Positions 12,001 to 24,000 of a DNA stretch of 64,000 nt are shown here, piece after piece. Both the position numbers and the translations under genes were made by a program. Under the pieces are notes generated by a model. The model saw only the letters and a program-made list of their open reading frames with translations, searched no databases and was not told the DNA's origin. The DNA lies in the NCBI GenBank assembly GCA_000002435.2, contig CM018793.1; one strand, written 5' to 3'. Every line of letters starts with the position of its first letter. Position 1 is the first letter of the stretch. The DNA is from Giardia intestinalis. Taxonomy: Eukaryota.

Positions 12001-15000
12001 NNNNNNNNNNNNNNNNNNNNNNNNNNNNNNNNNNNNNNNNNNNNNNNNNNNNNNNNNNNNNNNNNNNNNNNNNNNNNNNNNNNNNNNNNNNNNNNNNNNN
12101 NNNNNNNNNNNNNNNNNNNNNNNNNNNNNNNNNNNNNNNNNNNNNNNNNNNNNNNNNNNNNNNNNNNNNNNNNNNNNNNNNNNNNNNNNNNNNNNNNNNN
12201 NNNNNNNNNNNNNNNNNNNNNNNNNNNNNNNNNNNNNNNNNNNNNNNNNNNNNNNNNNNNNNNNNNNNNNNNNNNNNNNNNNNNNNNNNNNNNNNNNNNN
12301 NNNNNNNNNNNNNNNNNNNNNNNNNNNNNNNNNNNNNNNNNNNNNNNNNNNNNNNNNNNNNNNNNNNNNNNNNNNNNNNNNNNNNNNNNNNNNNNNNNNN
12401 NNNNNNNNNNNNNNNNNNNNNNNNNNNNNNNNNNNNNNNNNNNNNNNNNNNNNNNNNNNNNNNNNNNNNNNNNNNNNNNNNNNNNNNNNNNNNNNNNNNN
12501 NNNNNNNNNNNNNNNNNNNNNNNNNNNNNNNNNNNNNNNNNNNNNNNNNNNNNNNNNNNNNNNNNNNNNNNNNNNNNNNNNNNNNNNNNNNNNNNNNNNN
12601 NNNNNNNNNNNNNNNNNNNNNNNNNNNNNNNNNNNNNNNNNNNNNNNNNNNNNNNNNNNNNNNNNNNNNNNNNNNNNNNNNNNNNNNNNNNNNNNNNNNN
12701 NNNNNNNNNNNNNNNNNNNNNNNNNNNNNNNNNNNNNNNNNNNNNNNNNNNNNNNNNNNNNNNNNNNNNNNNNNNNNNNNNNNNNNNNNNNNNNNNNNNN
12801 NNNNNNNNNNNNNNNNNNNNNNNNNNNNNNNNNNNNNNNNNNNNNNNNNNNNNNNNNNNNNNNNNNNNNNNNNNNNNNNNNNNNNNNNNNNNNNNNNNNN
12901 NNNNNNNNNNNNNNNNNNNNNNNNNNNNNNNNNNNNNNNNNNNNNNNNNNNNNNNNNNNNNNNNNNNNNNNNNNNNNNNNNNNNNNNNNNNNNNNNNNNN
13001 NNNNNNNNNNNNNNNNNNNNNNNNNNNNNNNNNNNNNNNNNNNNNNNNNNNNNNNNNNNNNNNNNNNNNNNNNNNNNNNNNNNNNNNNNNNNNNNNNNNN
13101 NNNNNNNNNNNNNNNNNNNNNNNNNNNNNNNNNNNNNNNNNNNNNNNNNNNNNNNNNNNNNNNNNNNNNNNNNNNNNNNNNNNNNNNNNNNNNNNNNNNN
13201 NNNNNNNNNNNNNNNNNNNNNNNNNNNNNNNNNNNNNNNNNNNNNNNNNNNNNNNNNNNNNNNNNNNNNNNNNNNNNNNNNNNNNNNNNNNNNNNNNNNN
13301 NNNNNNNNNNNNNNNNNNNNNNNNNNNNNNNNNNNNNNNNNNNNNNNNNNNNNNNNNNNNNNNNNNNNNNNNNNNNNNNNNNNNNNNNNNNNNNNNNNNN
13401 NNNNNNNNNNNNNNNNNNNNNNNNNNNNNNNNNNNNNNNNNNNNNNNNNNNNNNNNNNNNNNNNNNNNNNNNNNNNNNNNNNNNNNNNNNNNNNNNNNNN
13501 NNNNNNNNNNNNNNNNNNNNNNNNNNNNNNNNNNNNNNNNNNNNNNNNNNNNNNNNNNNNNNNNNNNNNNNNNNNNNNNNNNNNNNNNNNNNNNNNNNNN
13601 NNNNNNNNNNNNNNNNNNNNNNNNNNNNNNNNNNNNNNNNNNNNNNNNNNNNNNNNNNNNNNNNNNNNNNNNNNNNNNNNNNNNNNNNNNNNNNNNNNNN
13701 NNNNNNNNNNNNNNNNNNNNNNNNNNNNNNNNNNNNNNNNNNNNNNNNNNNNNNNNNNNNNNNNNNNNNNNNNNNNNNNNNNNNNNNNNNNNNNNNNNNN
13801 NNNNNNNNNNNNNNNNNNNNNNNNNNNNNNNNNNNNNNNNNNNNNNNNNNNNNNNNNNNNNNNNNNNNNNNNNNNNNNNNNNNNNNNNNNNNNNNNNNNN
13901 NNNNNNNNNNNNNNNNNNNNNNNNNNNNNNNNNNNNNNNNNNNNNNNNNNNNNNNNNNNNNNNNNNNNNNNNNNNNNNNNNNNNNNNNNNNNNNNNNNNN
14001 NNNNNNNNNNNNNNNNNNNNNNNNNNNNNNNNNNNNNNNNNNNNNNNNNNNNNNNNNNNNNNNNNNNNNNNNNNNNNNNNNNNNNNNNNNNNNNNNNNNN
14101 NNNNNNNNNNNNNNNNNNNNNNNNNNNNNNNNNNNNNNNNNNNNNNNNNNNNNNNNNNNNNNNNNNNNNNNNNNNNNNNNNNNNNNNNNNNNNNNNNNNN
14201 NNNNNNNNNNNNNNNNNNNNNNNNNNNNNNNNNNNNNNNNNNNNNNNNNNNNNNNNNNNNNNNNNNNNNNNNNNNNNNNNNNNNNNNNNNNNNNNNNNNN
14301 NNNNNNNNNNNNNNNNNNNNNNNNNNNNNNNNNNNNNNNNNNNNNNNNNNNNNNNNNNNNNNNNNNNNNNNNNNNNNNNNNNNNNNNNNNNNNNNNNNNN
14401 NNNNNNNNNNNNNNNNNNNNNNNNNNNNNNNNNNNNNNNNNNNNNNNNNNNNNNNNNNNNNNNNNNNNNNNNNNNNNNNNNNNNNNNNNNNNNNNNNNNN
14501 NNNNNNNNNNNNNNNNNNNNNNNNNNNNNNNNNNNNNNNNNNNNNNNNNNNNNNNNNNNNNNNNNNNNNNNNNNNNNNNNNNNNNNNNNNNNNNNNNNNN
14601 NNNNNNNNNNNNNNNNNNNNNNNNNNNNNNNNNNNNNNNNNNNNNNNNNNNNNNNNNNNNNNNNNNNNNNNNNNNNNNNNNNNNNNNNNNNNNNNNNNNN
14701 NNNNNNNNNNNNNNNNNNNNNNNNNNNNNNNNNNNNNNNNNNNNNNNNNNNNNNNNNNNNNNNNNNNNNNNNNNNNNNNNNNNNNNNNNNNNNNNNNNNN
14801 NNNNNNNNNNNNNNNNNNNNNNNNNNNNNNNNNNNNNNNNNNNNNNNNNNNNNNNNNNNNNNNNNNNNNNNNNNNNNNNNNNNNNNNNNNNNNNNNNNNN
14901 NNNNNNNNNNNNNNNNNNNNNNNNNNNNNNNNNNNNNNNNNNNNNNNNNNNNNNNNNNNNNNNNNNNNNNNNNNNNNNNNNNNNNNNNNNNNNNNNNNNN

Positions 15001-18000
15001 NNNNNNNNNNNNNNNNNNNNNNNNNNNNNNNNNNNNNNNNNNNNNNNNNNNNNNNNNNNNNNNNNNNNNNNNNNNNNNNNNNNNNNNNNNNNNNNNNNNN
15101 NNNNNNNNNNNNNNNNNNNNNNNNNNNNNNNNNNNNNNNNNNNNNNNNNNNNNNNNNNNNNNNNNNNNNNNNNNNNNNNNNNNNNNNNNNNNNNNNNNNN
15201 NNNNNNNNNNNNNNNNNNNNNNNNNNNNNNNNNNNNNNNNNNNNNNNNNNNNNNNNNNNNNNNNNNNNNNNNNNNNNNNNNNNNNNNNNNNNNNNNNNNN
15301 NNNNNNNNNNNNNNNNNNNNNNNNNNNNNNNNNNNNNNNNNNNNNNNNNNNNNNNNNNNNNNNNNNNNNNNNNNNNNNNNNNNNNNNNNNNNNNNNNNNN
15401 NNNNNNNNNNNNNNNNNNNNNNNNNNNNNNNNNNNNNNNNNNNNNNNNNNNNNNNNNNNNNNNNNNNNNNNNNNNNNNNNNNNNNNNNNNNNNNNNNNNN
15501 NNNNNNNNNNNNNNNNNNNNNNNNNNNNNNNNNNNNNNNNNNNNNNNNNNNNNNNNNNNNNNNNNNNNNNNNNNNNNNNNNNNNNNNNNNNNNNNNNNNN
15601 NNNNNNNNNNNNNNNNNNNNNNNNNNNNNNNNNNNNNNNNNNNNNNNNNNNNNNNNNNNNNNNNNNNNNNNNNNNNNNNNNNNNNNNNNNNNNNNNNNNN
15701 NNNNNNNNNNNNNNNNNNNNNNNNNNNNNNNNNNNNNNNNNNNNNNNNNNNNNNNNNNNNNNNNNNNNNNNNNNNNNNNNNNNNNNNNNNNNNNNNNNNN
15801 NNNNNNNNNNNNNNNNNNNNNNNNNNNNNNNNNNNNNNNNNNNNNNNNNNNNNNNNNNNNNNNNNNNNNNNNNNNNNNNNNNNNNNNNNNNNNNNNNNNN
15901 NNNNNNNNNNNNNNNNNNNNNNNNNNNNNNNNNNNNNNNNNNNNNNNNNNNNNNNNNNNNNNNNNNNNNNNNNNNNNNNNNNNNNNNNNNNNNNNNNNNN
16001 NNNNNNNNNNNNNNNNNNNNNNNNNNNNNNNNNNNNNNNNNNNNNNNNNNNNNNNNNNNNNNNNNNNNNNNNNNNNNNNNNNNNNNNNNNNNNNNNNNNN
16101 NNNNNNNNNNNNNNNNNNNNNNNNNNNNNNNNNNNNNNNNNNNNNNNNNNNNNNNNNNNNNNNNNNNNNNNNNNNNNNNNNNNNNNNNNNNNNNNNNNNN
16201 NNNNNNNNNNNNNNNNNNNNNNNNNNNNNNNNNNNNNNNNNNNNNNNNNNNNNNNNNNNNNNNNNNNNNNNNNNNNNNNNNNNNNNNNNNNNNNNNNNNN
16301 NNNNNNNNNNNNNNNNNNNNNNNNNNNNNNNNNNNNNNNNNNNNNNNNNNNNNNNNNNNNNNNNNNNNNNNNNNNNNNNNNNNNNNNNNNNNNNNNNNNN
16401 NNNNNNNNNNNNNNNNNNNNNNNNNNNNNNNNNNNNNNNNNNNNNNNNNNNNNNNNNNNNNNNNNNNNNNNNNNNNNNNNNNNNNNNNNNNNNNNNNNNN
16501 NNNNNNNNNNNNNNNNNNNNNNNNNNNNNNNNNNNNNNNNNNNNNNNNNNNNNNNNNNNNNNNNNNNNNNNNNNNNNNNNNNNNNNNNNNNNNNNNNNNN
16601 NNNNNNNNNNNNNNNNNNNNNNNNNNNNNNNNNNNNNNNNNNNNNNNNNNNNNNNNNNNNNNNNNNNNNNNNNNNNNNNNNNNNNNNNNNNNNNNNNNNN
16701 NNNNNNNNNNNNNNNNNNNNNNNNNNNNNNNNNNNNNNNNNNNNNNNNNNNNNNNNNNNNNNNNNNNNNNNNNNNNNNNNNNNNNNNNNNNNNNNNNNNN
16801 NNNNNNNNNNNNNNNNNNNNNNNNNNNNNNNNNNNNNNNNNNNNNNNNNNNNNNNNNNNNNNNNNNNNNNNNNNNNNNNNNNNNNNNNNNNNNNNNNNNN
16901 NNNNNNNNNNNNNNNNNNNNNNNNNNNNNNNNNNNNNNNNNNNNNNNNNNNNNNNNNNNNNNNNNNNNNNNNNNNNNNNNNNNNNNNNNNNNNNNNNNNN
17001 NNNNNNNNNNNNNNNNNNNNNNNNNNNNNNNNNNNNNNNNNNNNNNNNNNNNNNNNNNNNNNNNNNNNNNNNNNNNNNNNNNNNNNNNNNNNNNNNNNNN
17101 NNNNNNNNNNNNNNNNNNNNNNNNNNNNNNNNNNNNNNNNNNNNNNNNNNNNNNNNNNNNNNNNNNNNNNNNNNNNNNNNNNNNNNNNNNNNNNNNNNNN
17201 NNNNNNNNNNNNNNNNNNNNNNNNNNNNNNNNNNNNNNNNNNNNNNNNNNNNNNNNNNNNNNNNNNNNNNNNNNNNNNNNNNNNNNNNNNNNNNNNNNNN
17301 NNNNNNNNNNNNNNNNNNNNNNNNNNNNNNNNNNNNNNNNNNNNNNNNNNNNNNNNNNNNNNNNNNNNNNNNNNNNNNNNNNNNNNNNNNNNNNNNNNNN
17401 NNNNNNNNNNNNNNNNNNNNNNNNNNNNNNNNNNNNNNNNNNNNNNNNNNNNNNNNNNNNNNNNNNNNNNNNNNNNNNNNNNNNNNNNNNNNNNNNNNNN
17501 NNNNNNNNNNNNNNNNNNNNNNNNNNNNNNNNNNNNNNNNNNNNNNNNNNNNNNNNNNNNNNNNNNNNNNNNNNNNNNNNNNNNNNNNNNNNNNNNNNNN
17601 NNNNNNNNNNNNNNNNNNNNNNNNNNNNNNNNNNNNNNNNNNNNNNNNNNNNNNNNNNNNNNNNNNNNNNNNNNNNNNNNNNNNNNNNNNNNNNNNNNNN
17701 NNNNNNNNNNNNNNNNNNNNNNNNNNNNNNNNNNNNNNNNNNNNNNNNNNNNNNNNNNNNNNNNNNNNNNNNNNNNNNNNNNNNNNNNNNNNNNNNNNNN
17801 NNNNNNNNNNNNNNNNNNNNNNNNNNNNNNNNNNNNNNNNNNNNNNNNNNNNNNNNNNNNNNNNNNNNNNNNNNNNNNNNNNNNNNNNNNNNNNNNNNNN
17901 NNNNNNNNNNNNNNNNNNNNNNNNNNNNNNNNNNNNNNNNNNNNNNNNNNNNNNNNNNNNNNNNNNNNNNNNNNNNNNNNNNNNNNNNNNNNNNNNNNNN

Positions 18001-21000
18001 NNNNNNNNNNNNNNNNNNNNNNNNNNNNNNNNNNNNNNNNNNNNNNNNNNNNNNNNNNNNNNNNNNNNNNNNNNNNNNNNNNNNNNNNNNNNNNNNNNNN
18101 NNNNNNNNNNNNNNNNNNNNNNNNNNNNNNNNNNNNNNNNNNNNNNNNNNNNNNNNNNNNNNNNNNNNNNNNNNNNNNNNNNNNNNNNNNNNNNNNNNNN
18201 NNNNNNNNNNNNNNNNNNNNNNNNNNNNNNNNNNNNNNNNNNNNNNNNNNNNNNNNNNNNNNNNNNNNNNNNNNNNNNNNNNNNNNNNNNNNNNNNNNNN
18301 NNNNNNNNNNNNNNNNNNNNNNNNNNNNNNNNNNNNNNNNNNNNNNNNNNNNNNNNNNNNNNNNNNNNNNNNNNNNNNNNNNNNNNNNNNNNNNNNNNNN
18401 NNNNNNNNNNNNNNNNNNNNNNNNNNNNNNNNNNNNNNNNNNNNNNNNNNNNNNNNNNNNNNNNNNNNNNNNNNNNNNNNNNNNNNNNNNNNNNNNNNNN
18501 NNNNNNNNNNNNNNNNNNNNNNNNNNNNNNNNNNNNNNNNNNNNNNNNNNNNNNNNNNNNNNNNNNNNNNNNNNNNNNNNNNNNNNNNNNNNNNNNNNNN
18601 NNNNNNNNNNNNNNNNNNNNNNNNNNNNNNNNNNNNNNNNNNNNNNNNNNNNNNNNNNNNNNNNNNNNNNNNNNNNNNNNNNNNNNNNNNNNNNNNNNNN
18701 NNNNNNNNNNNNNNNNNNNNNNNNNNNNNNNNNNNNNNNNNNNNNNNNNNNNNNNNNNNNNNNNNNNNNNNNNNNNNNNNNNNNNNNNNNNNNNNNNNNN
18801 NNNNNNNNNNNNNNNNNNNNNNNNNNNNNNNNNNNNNNNNNNNNNNNNNNNNNNNNNNNNNNNNNNNNNNNNNNNNNNNNNNNNNNNNNNNNNNNNNNNN
18901 NNNNNNNNNNNNNNNNNNNNNNNNNNNNNNNNNNNNNNNNNNNNNNNNNNNNNNNNNNNNNNNNNNNNNNNNNNNNNNNNNNNNNNNNNNNNNNNNNNNN
19001 NNNNNNNNNNNNNNNNNNNNNNNNNNNNNNNNNNNNNNNNNNNNNNNNNNNNNNNNNNNNNNNNNNNNNNNNNNNNNNNNNNNNNNNNNNNNNNNNNNNN
19101 NNNNNNNNNNNNNNNNNNNNNNNNNNNNNNNNNNNNNNNNNNNNNNNNNNNNNNNNNNNNNNNNNNNNNNNNNNNNNNNNNNNNNNNNNNNNNNNNNNNN
19201 NNNNNNNNNNNNNNNNNNNNNNNNNNNNNNNNNNNNNNNNNNNNNNNNNNNNNNNNNNNNNNNNNNNNNNNNNNNNNNNNNNNNNNNNNNNNNNNNNNNN
19301 NNNNNNNNNNNNNNNNNNNNNNNNNNNNNNNNNNNNNNNNNNNNNNNNNNNNNNNNNNNNNNNNNNNNNNNNNNNNNNNNNNNNNNNNNNNNNNNNNNNN
19401 NNNNNNNNNNNNNNNNNNNNNNNNNNNNNNNNNNNNNNNNNNNNNNNNNNNNNNNNNNNNNNNNNNNNNNNNNNNNNNNNNNNNNNNNNNNNNNNNNNNN
19501 NNNNNNNNNNNNNNNNNNNNNNNNNNNNNNNNNNNNNNNNNNNNNNNNNNNNNNNNNNNNNNNNNNNNNNNNNNNNNNNNNNNNNNNNNNNNNNNNNNNN
19601 NNNNNNNNNNNNNNNNNNNNNNNNNNNNNNNNNNNNNNNNNNNNNNNNNNNNNNNNNNNNNNNNNNNNNNNNNNNNNNNNNNNNNNNNNNNNNNNNNNNN
19701 NNNNNNNNNNNNNNNNNNNNNNNNNNNNNNNNNNNNNNNNNNNNNNNNNNNNNNNNNNNNNNNNNNNNNNNNNNNNNNNNNNNNNNNNNNNNNNNNNNNN
19801 NNNNNNNNNNNNNNNNNNNNNNNNNNNNNNNNNNNNNNNNNNNNNNNNNNNNNNNNNNNNNNNNNNNNNNNNNNNNNNNNNNNNNNNNNNNNNNNNNNNN
19901 NNNNNNNNNNNNNNNNNNNNNNNNNNNNNNNNNNNNNNNNNNNNNNNNNNNNNNNNNNNNNNNNNNNNNNNNNNNNNNNNNNNNNNNNNNNNNNNNNNNN
20001 NNNNNNNNNNNNNNNNNNNNNNNNNNNNNNNNNNNNNNNNNNNNNNNNNNNNNNNNNNNNNNNNNNNNNNNNNNNNNNNNNNNNNNNNNNNNNNNNNNNN
20101 NNNNNNNNNNNNNNNNNNNNNNNNNNNNNNNNNNNNNNNNNNNNNNNNNNNNNNNNNNNNNNNNNNNNNNNNNNNNNNNNNNNNNNNNNNNNNNNNNNNN
20201 NNNNNNNNNNNNNNNNNNNNNNNNNNNNNNNNNNNNNNNNNNNNNNNNNNNNNNNNNNNNNNNNNNNNNNNNNNNNNNNNNNNNNNNNNNNNNNNNNNNN
20301 NNNNNNNNNNNNNNNNNNNNNNNNNNNNNNNNNNNNNNNNNNNNNNNNNNNNNNNNNNNNNNNNNNNNNNNNNNNNNNNNNNNNNNNNNNNNNNNNNNNN
20401 NNNNNNNNNNNNNNNNNNNNNNNNNNNNNNNNNNNNNNNNNNNNNNNNNNNNNNNNNNNNNNNNNNNNNNNNNNNNNNNNNNNNNNNNNNNNNNNNNNNN
20501 NNNNNNNNNNNNNNNNNNNNNNNNNNNNNNNNNNNNNNNNNNNNNNNNNNNNNNNNNNNNNNNNNNNNNNNNNNNNNNNNNNNNNNNNNNNNNNNNNNNN
20601 NNNNNNNNNNNNNNNNNNNNNNNNNNNNNNNNNNNNNNNNNNNNNNNNNNNNNNNNNNNNNNNNNNNNNNNNNNNNNNNNNNNNNNNNNNNNNNNNNNNN
20701 NNNNNNNNNNNNNNNNNNNNNNNNNNNNNNNNNNNNNNNNNNNNNNNNNNNNNNNNNNNNNNNNNNNNNNNNNNNNNNNNNNNNNNNNNNNNNNNNNNNN
20801 NNNNNNNNNNNNNNNNNNNNNNNNNNNNNNNNNNNNNNNNNNNNNNNNNNNNNNNNNNNNNNNNNNNNNNNNNNNNNNNNNNNNNNNNNNNNNNNNNNNN
20901 NNNNNNNNNNNNNNNNNNNNNNNNNNNNNNNNNNNNNNNNNNNNNNNNNNNNNNNNNNNNNNNNNNNNNNNNNNNNNNNNNNNNNNNNNNNNNNNNNNNN

Positions 21001-24000
21001 NNNNNNNNNNNNNNNNNNNNNNNNNNNNNNNNNNNNNNNNNNNNNNNNNNNNNNNNNNNNNNNNNNNNNNNNNNNNNNNNNNNNNNNNNNNNNNNNNNNN
21101 NNNNNNNNNNNNNNNNNNNNNNNNNNNNNNNNNNNNNNNNNNNNNNNNNNNNNNNNNNNNNNNNNNNNNNNNNNNNNNNNNNNNNNNNNNNNNNNNNNNN
21201 NNNNNNNNNNNNNNNNNNNNNNNNNNNNNNNNNNNNNNNNNNNNNNNNNNNNNNNNNNNNNNNNNNNNNNNNNNNNNNNNNNNNNNNNNNNNNNNNNNNN
21301 NNNNNNNNNNNNNNNNNNNNNNNNNNNNNNNNNNNNNNNNNNNNNNNNNNNNNNNNNNNNNNNNNNNNNNNNNNNNNNNNNNNNNNNNNNNNNNNNNNNN
21401 NNNNNNNNNNNNNNNNNNNNNNNNNNNNNNNNNNNNNNNNNNNNNNNNNNNNNNNNNNNNNNNNNNNNNNNNNNNNNNNNNNNNNNNNNNNNNNNNNNNN
21501 NNNNNNNNNNNNNNNNNNNNNNNNNNNNNNNNNNNNNNNNNNNNNNNNNNNNNNNNNNNNNNNNNNNNNNNNNNNNNNNNNNNNNNNNNNNNNNNNNNNN
21601 NNNNNNNNNNNNNNNNNNNNNNNNNNNNNNNNNNNNNNNNNNNNNNNNNNNNNNNNNNNNNNNNNNNNNNNNNNNNNNNNNNNNNNNNNNNNNNNNNNNN
21701 NNNNNNNNNNNNNNNNNNNNNNNNNNNNNNNNNNNNNNNNNNNNNNNNNNNNNNNNNNNNNNNNNNNNNNNNNNNNNNNNNNNNNNNNNNNNNNNNNNNN
21801 NNNNNNNNNNNNNNNNNNNNNNNNNNNNNNNNNNNNNNNNNNNNNNNNNNNNNNNNNNNNNNNNNNNNNNNNNNNNNNNNNNNNNNNNNNNNNNNNNNNN
21901 NNNNNNNNNNNNNNNNNNNNNNNNNNNNNNNNNNNNNNNNNNNNNNNNNNNNNNNNNNNNNNNNNNNNNNNNNNNNNNNNNNNNNNNNNNNNNNNNNNNN
22001 NNNNNNNNNNNNNNNNNNNNNNNNNNNNNNNNNNNNNNNNNNNNNNNNNNNNNNNNNNNNNNNNNNNNNNNNNNNNNNNNNNNNNNNNNNNNNNNNNNNN
22101 NNNNNNNNNNNNNNNNNNNNNNNNNNNNNNNNNNNNNNNNNNNNNNNNNNNNNNNNNNNNNNNNNNNNNNNNNNNNNNNNNNNNNNNNNNNNNNNNNNNN
22201 NNNNNNNNNNNNNNNNNNNNNNNNNNNNNNNNNNNNNNNNNNNNNNNNNNNNNNNNNNNNNNNNNNNNNNNNNNNNNNNNNNNNNNNNNNNNNNNNNNNN
22301 NNNNNNNNNNNNNNNNNNNNNNNNNNNNNNNNNNNNNNNNNNNNNNNNNNNNNNNNNNNNNNNNNNNNNNNNNNNNNNNNNNNNNNNNNNNNNNNNNNNN
22401 NNNNNNNNNNNNNNNNNNNNNNNNNNNNNNNNNNNNNNNNNNNNNNNNNNNNNNNNNNNNNNNNNNNNNNNNNNNNNNNNNNNNNNNNNNNNNNNNNNNN
22501 NNNNNNNNNNNNNNNNNNNNNNNNNNNNNNNNNNNNNNNNNNNNNNNNNNNNNNNNNNNNNNNNNNNNNNNNNNNNNNNNNNNNNNNNNNNNNNNNNNNN
22601 NNNNNNNNNNNNNNNNNNNNNNNNNNNNNNNNNNNNNNNNNNNNNNNNNNNNNNNNNNNNNNNNNNNNNNNNNNNNNNNNNNNNNNNNNNNNNNNNNNNN
22701 NNNNNNNNNNNNNNNNNNNNNNNNNNNNNNNNNNNNNNNNNNNNNNNNNNNNNNNNNNNNNNNNNNNNNNNNNNNNNNNNNNNNNNNNNNNNNNNNNNNN
22801 NNNNNNNNNNNNNNNNNNNNNNNNNNNNNNNNNNNNNNNNNNNNNNNNNNNNNNNNNNNNNNNNNNNNNNNNNNNNNNNNNNNNNNNNNNNNNNNNNNNN
22901 NNNNNNNNNNNNNNNNNNNNNNNNNNNNNNNNNNNNNNNNNNNNNNNNNNNNNNNNNNNNNNNNNNNNNNNNNNNNNNNNNNNNNNNNNNNNNNNNNNNN
23001 NNNNNNNNNNNNNNNNNNNNNNNNNNNNNNNNNNNNNNNNNNNNNNNNNNNNNNNNNNNNNNNNNNNNNNNNNNNNNNNNNNNNNNNNNNNNNNNNNNNN
23101 NNNNNNNNNNNNNNNNNNNNNNNNNNNNNNNNNNNNNNNNNNNNNNNNNNNNNNNNNNNNNNNNNNNNNNNNNNNNNNNNNNNNNNNNNNNNNNNNNNNN
23201 NNNNNNNNNNNNNNNNNNNNNNNNNNNNNNNNNNNNNNNNNNNNNNNNNNNNNNNNNNNNNNNNNNNNNNNNNNNNNNNNNNNNNNNNNNNNNNNNNNNN
23301 NNNNNNNNNNNNNNNNNNNNNNNNNNNNNNNNNNNNNNNNNNNNNNNNNNNNNNNNNNNNNNNNNNNNNNNNNNNNNNNNNNNNNNNNNNNNNNNNNNNN
23401 NNNNNNNNNNNNNNNNNNNNNNNNNNNNNNNNNNNNNNNNNNNNNNNNNNNNNNNNNNNNNNNNNNNNNNNNNNNNNNNNNNNNNNNNNNNNNNNNNNNN
23501 NNNNNNNNNNNNNNNNNNNNNNNNNNNNNNNNNNNNNNNNNNNNNNNNNNNNNNNNNNNNNNNNNNNNNNNNNNNNNNNNNNNNNNNNNNNNNNNNNNNN
23601 NNNNNNNNNNNNNNNNNNNNNNNNNNNNNNNNNNNNNNNNNNNNNNNNNNNNNNNNNNNNNNNNNNNNNNNNNNNNNNNNNNNNNNNNNNNNNNNNNNNN
23701 NNNNNNNNNNNNNNNNNNNNNNNNNNNNNNNNNNNNNNNNNNNNNNNNNNNNNNNNNNNNNNNNNNNNNNNNNNNNNNNNNNNNNNNNNNNNNNNNNNNN
23801 NNNNNNNNNNNNNNNNNNNNNNNNNNNNNNNNNNNNNNNNNNNNNNNNNNNNNNNNNNNNNNNNNNNNNNNNNNNNNNNNNNNNNNNNNNNNNNNNNNNN
23901 NNNNNNNNNNNNNNNNNNNNNNNNNNNNNNNNNNNNNNNNNNNNNNNNNNNNNNNNNNNNNNNNNNNNNNNNNNNNNNNNNNNNNNNNNNNNNNNNNNNN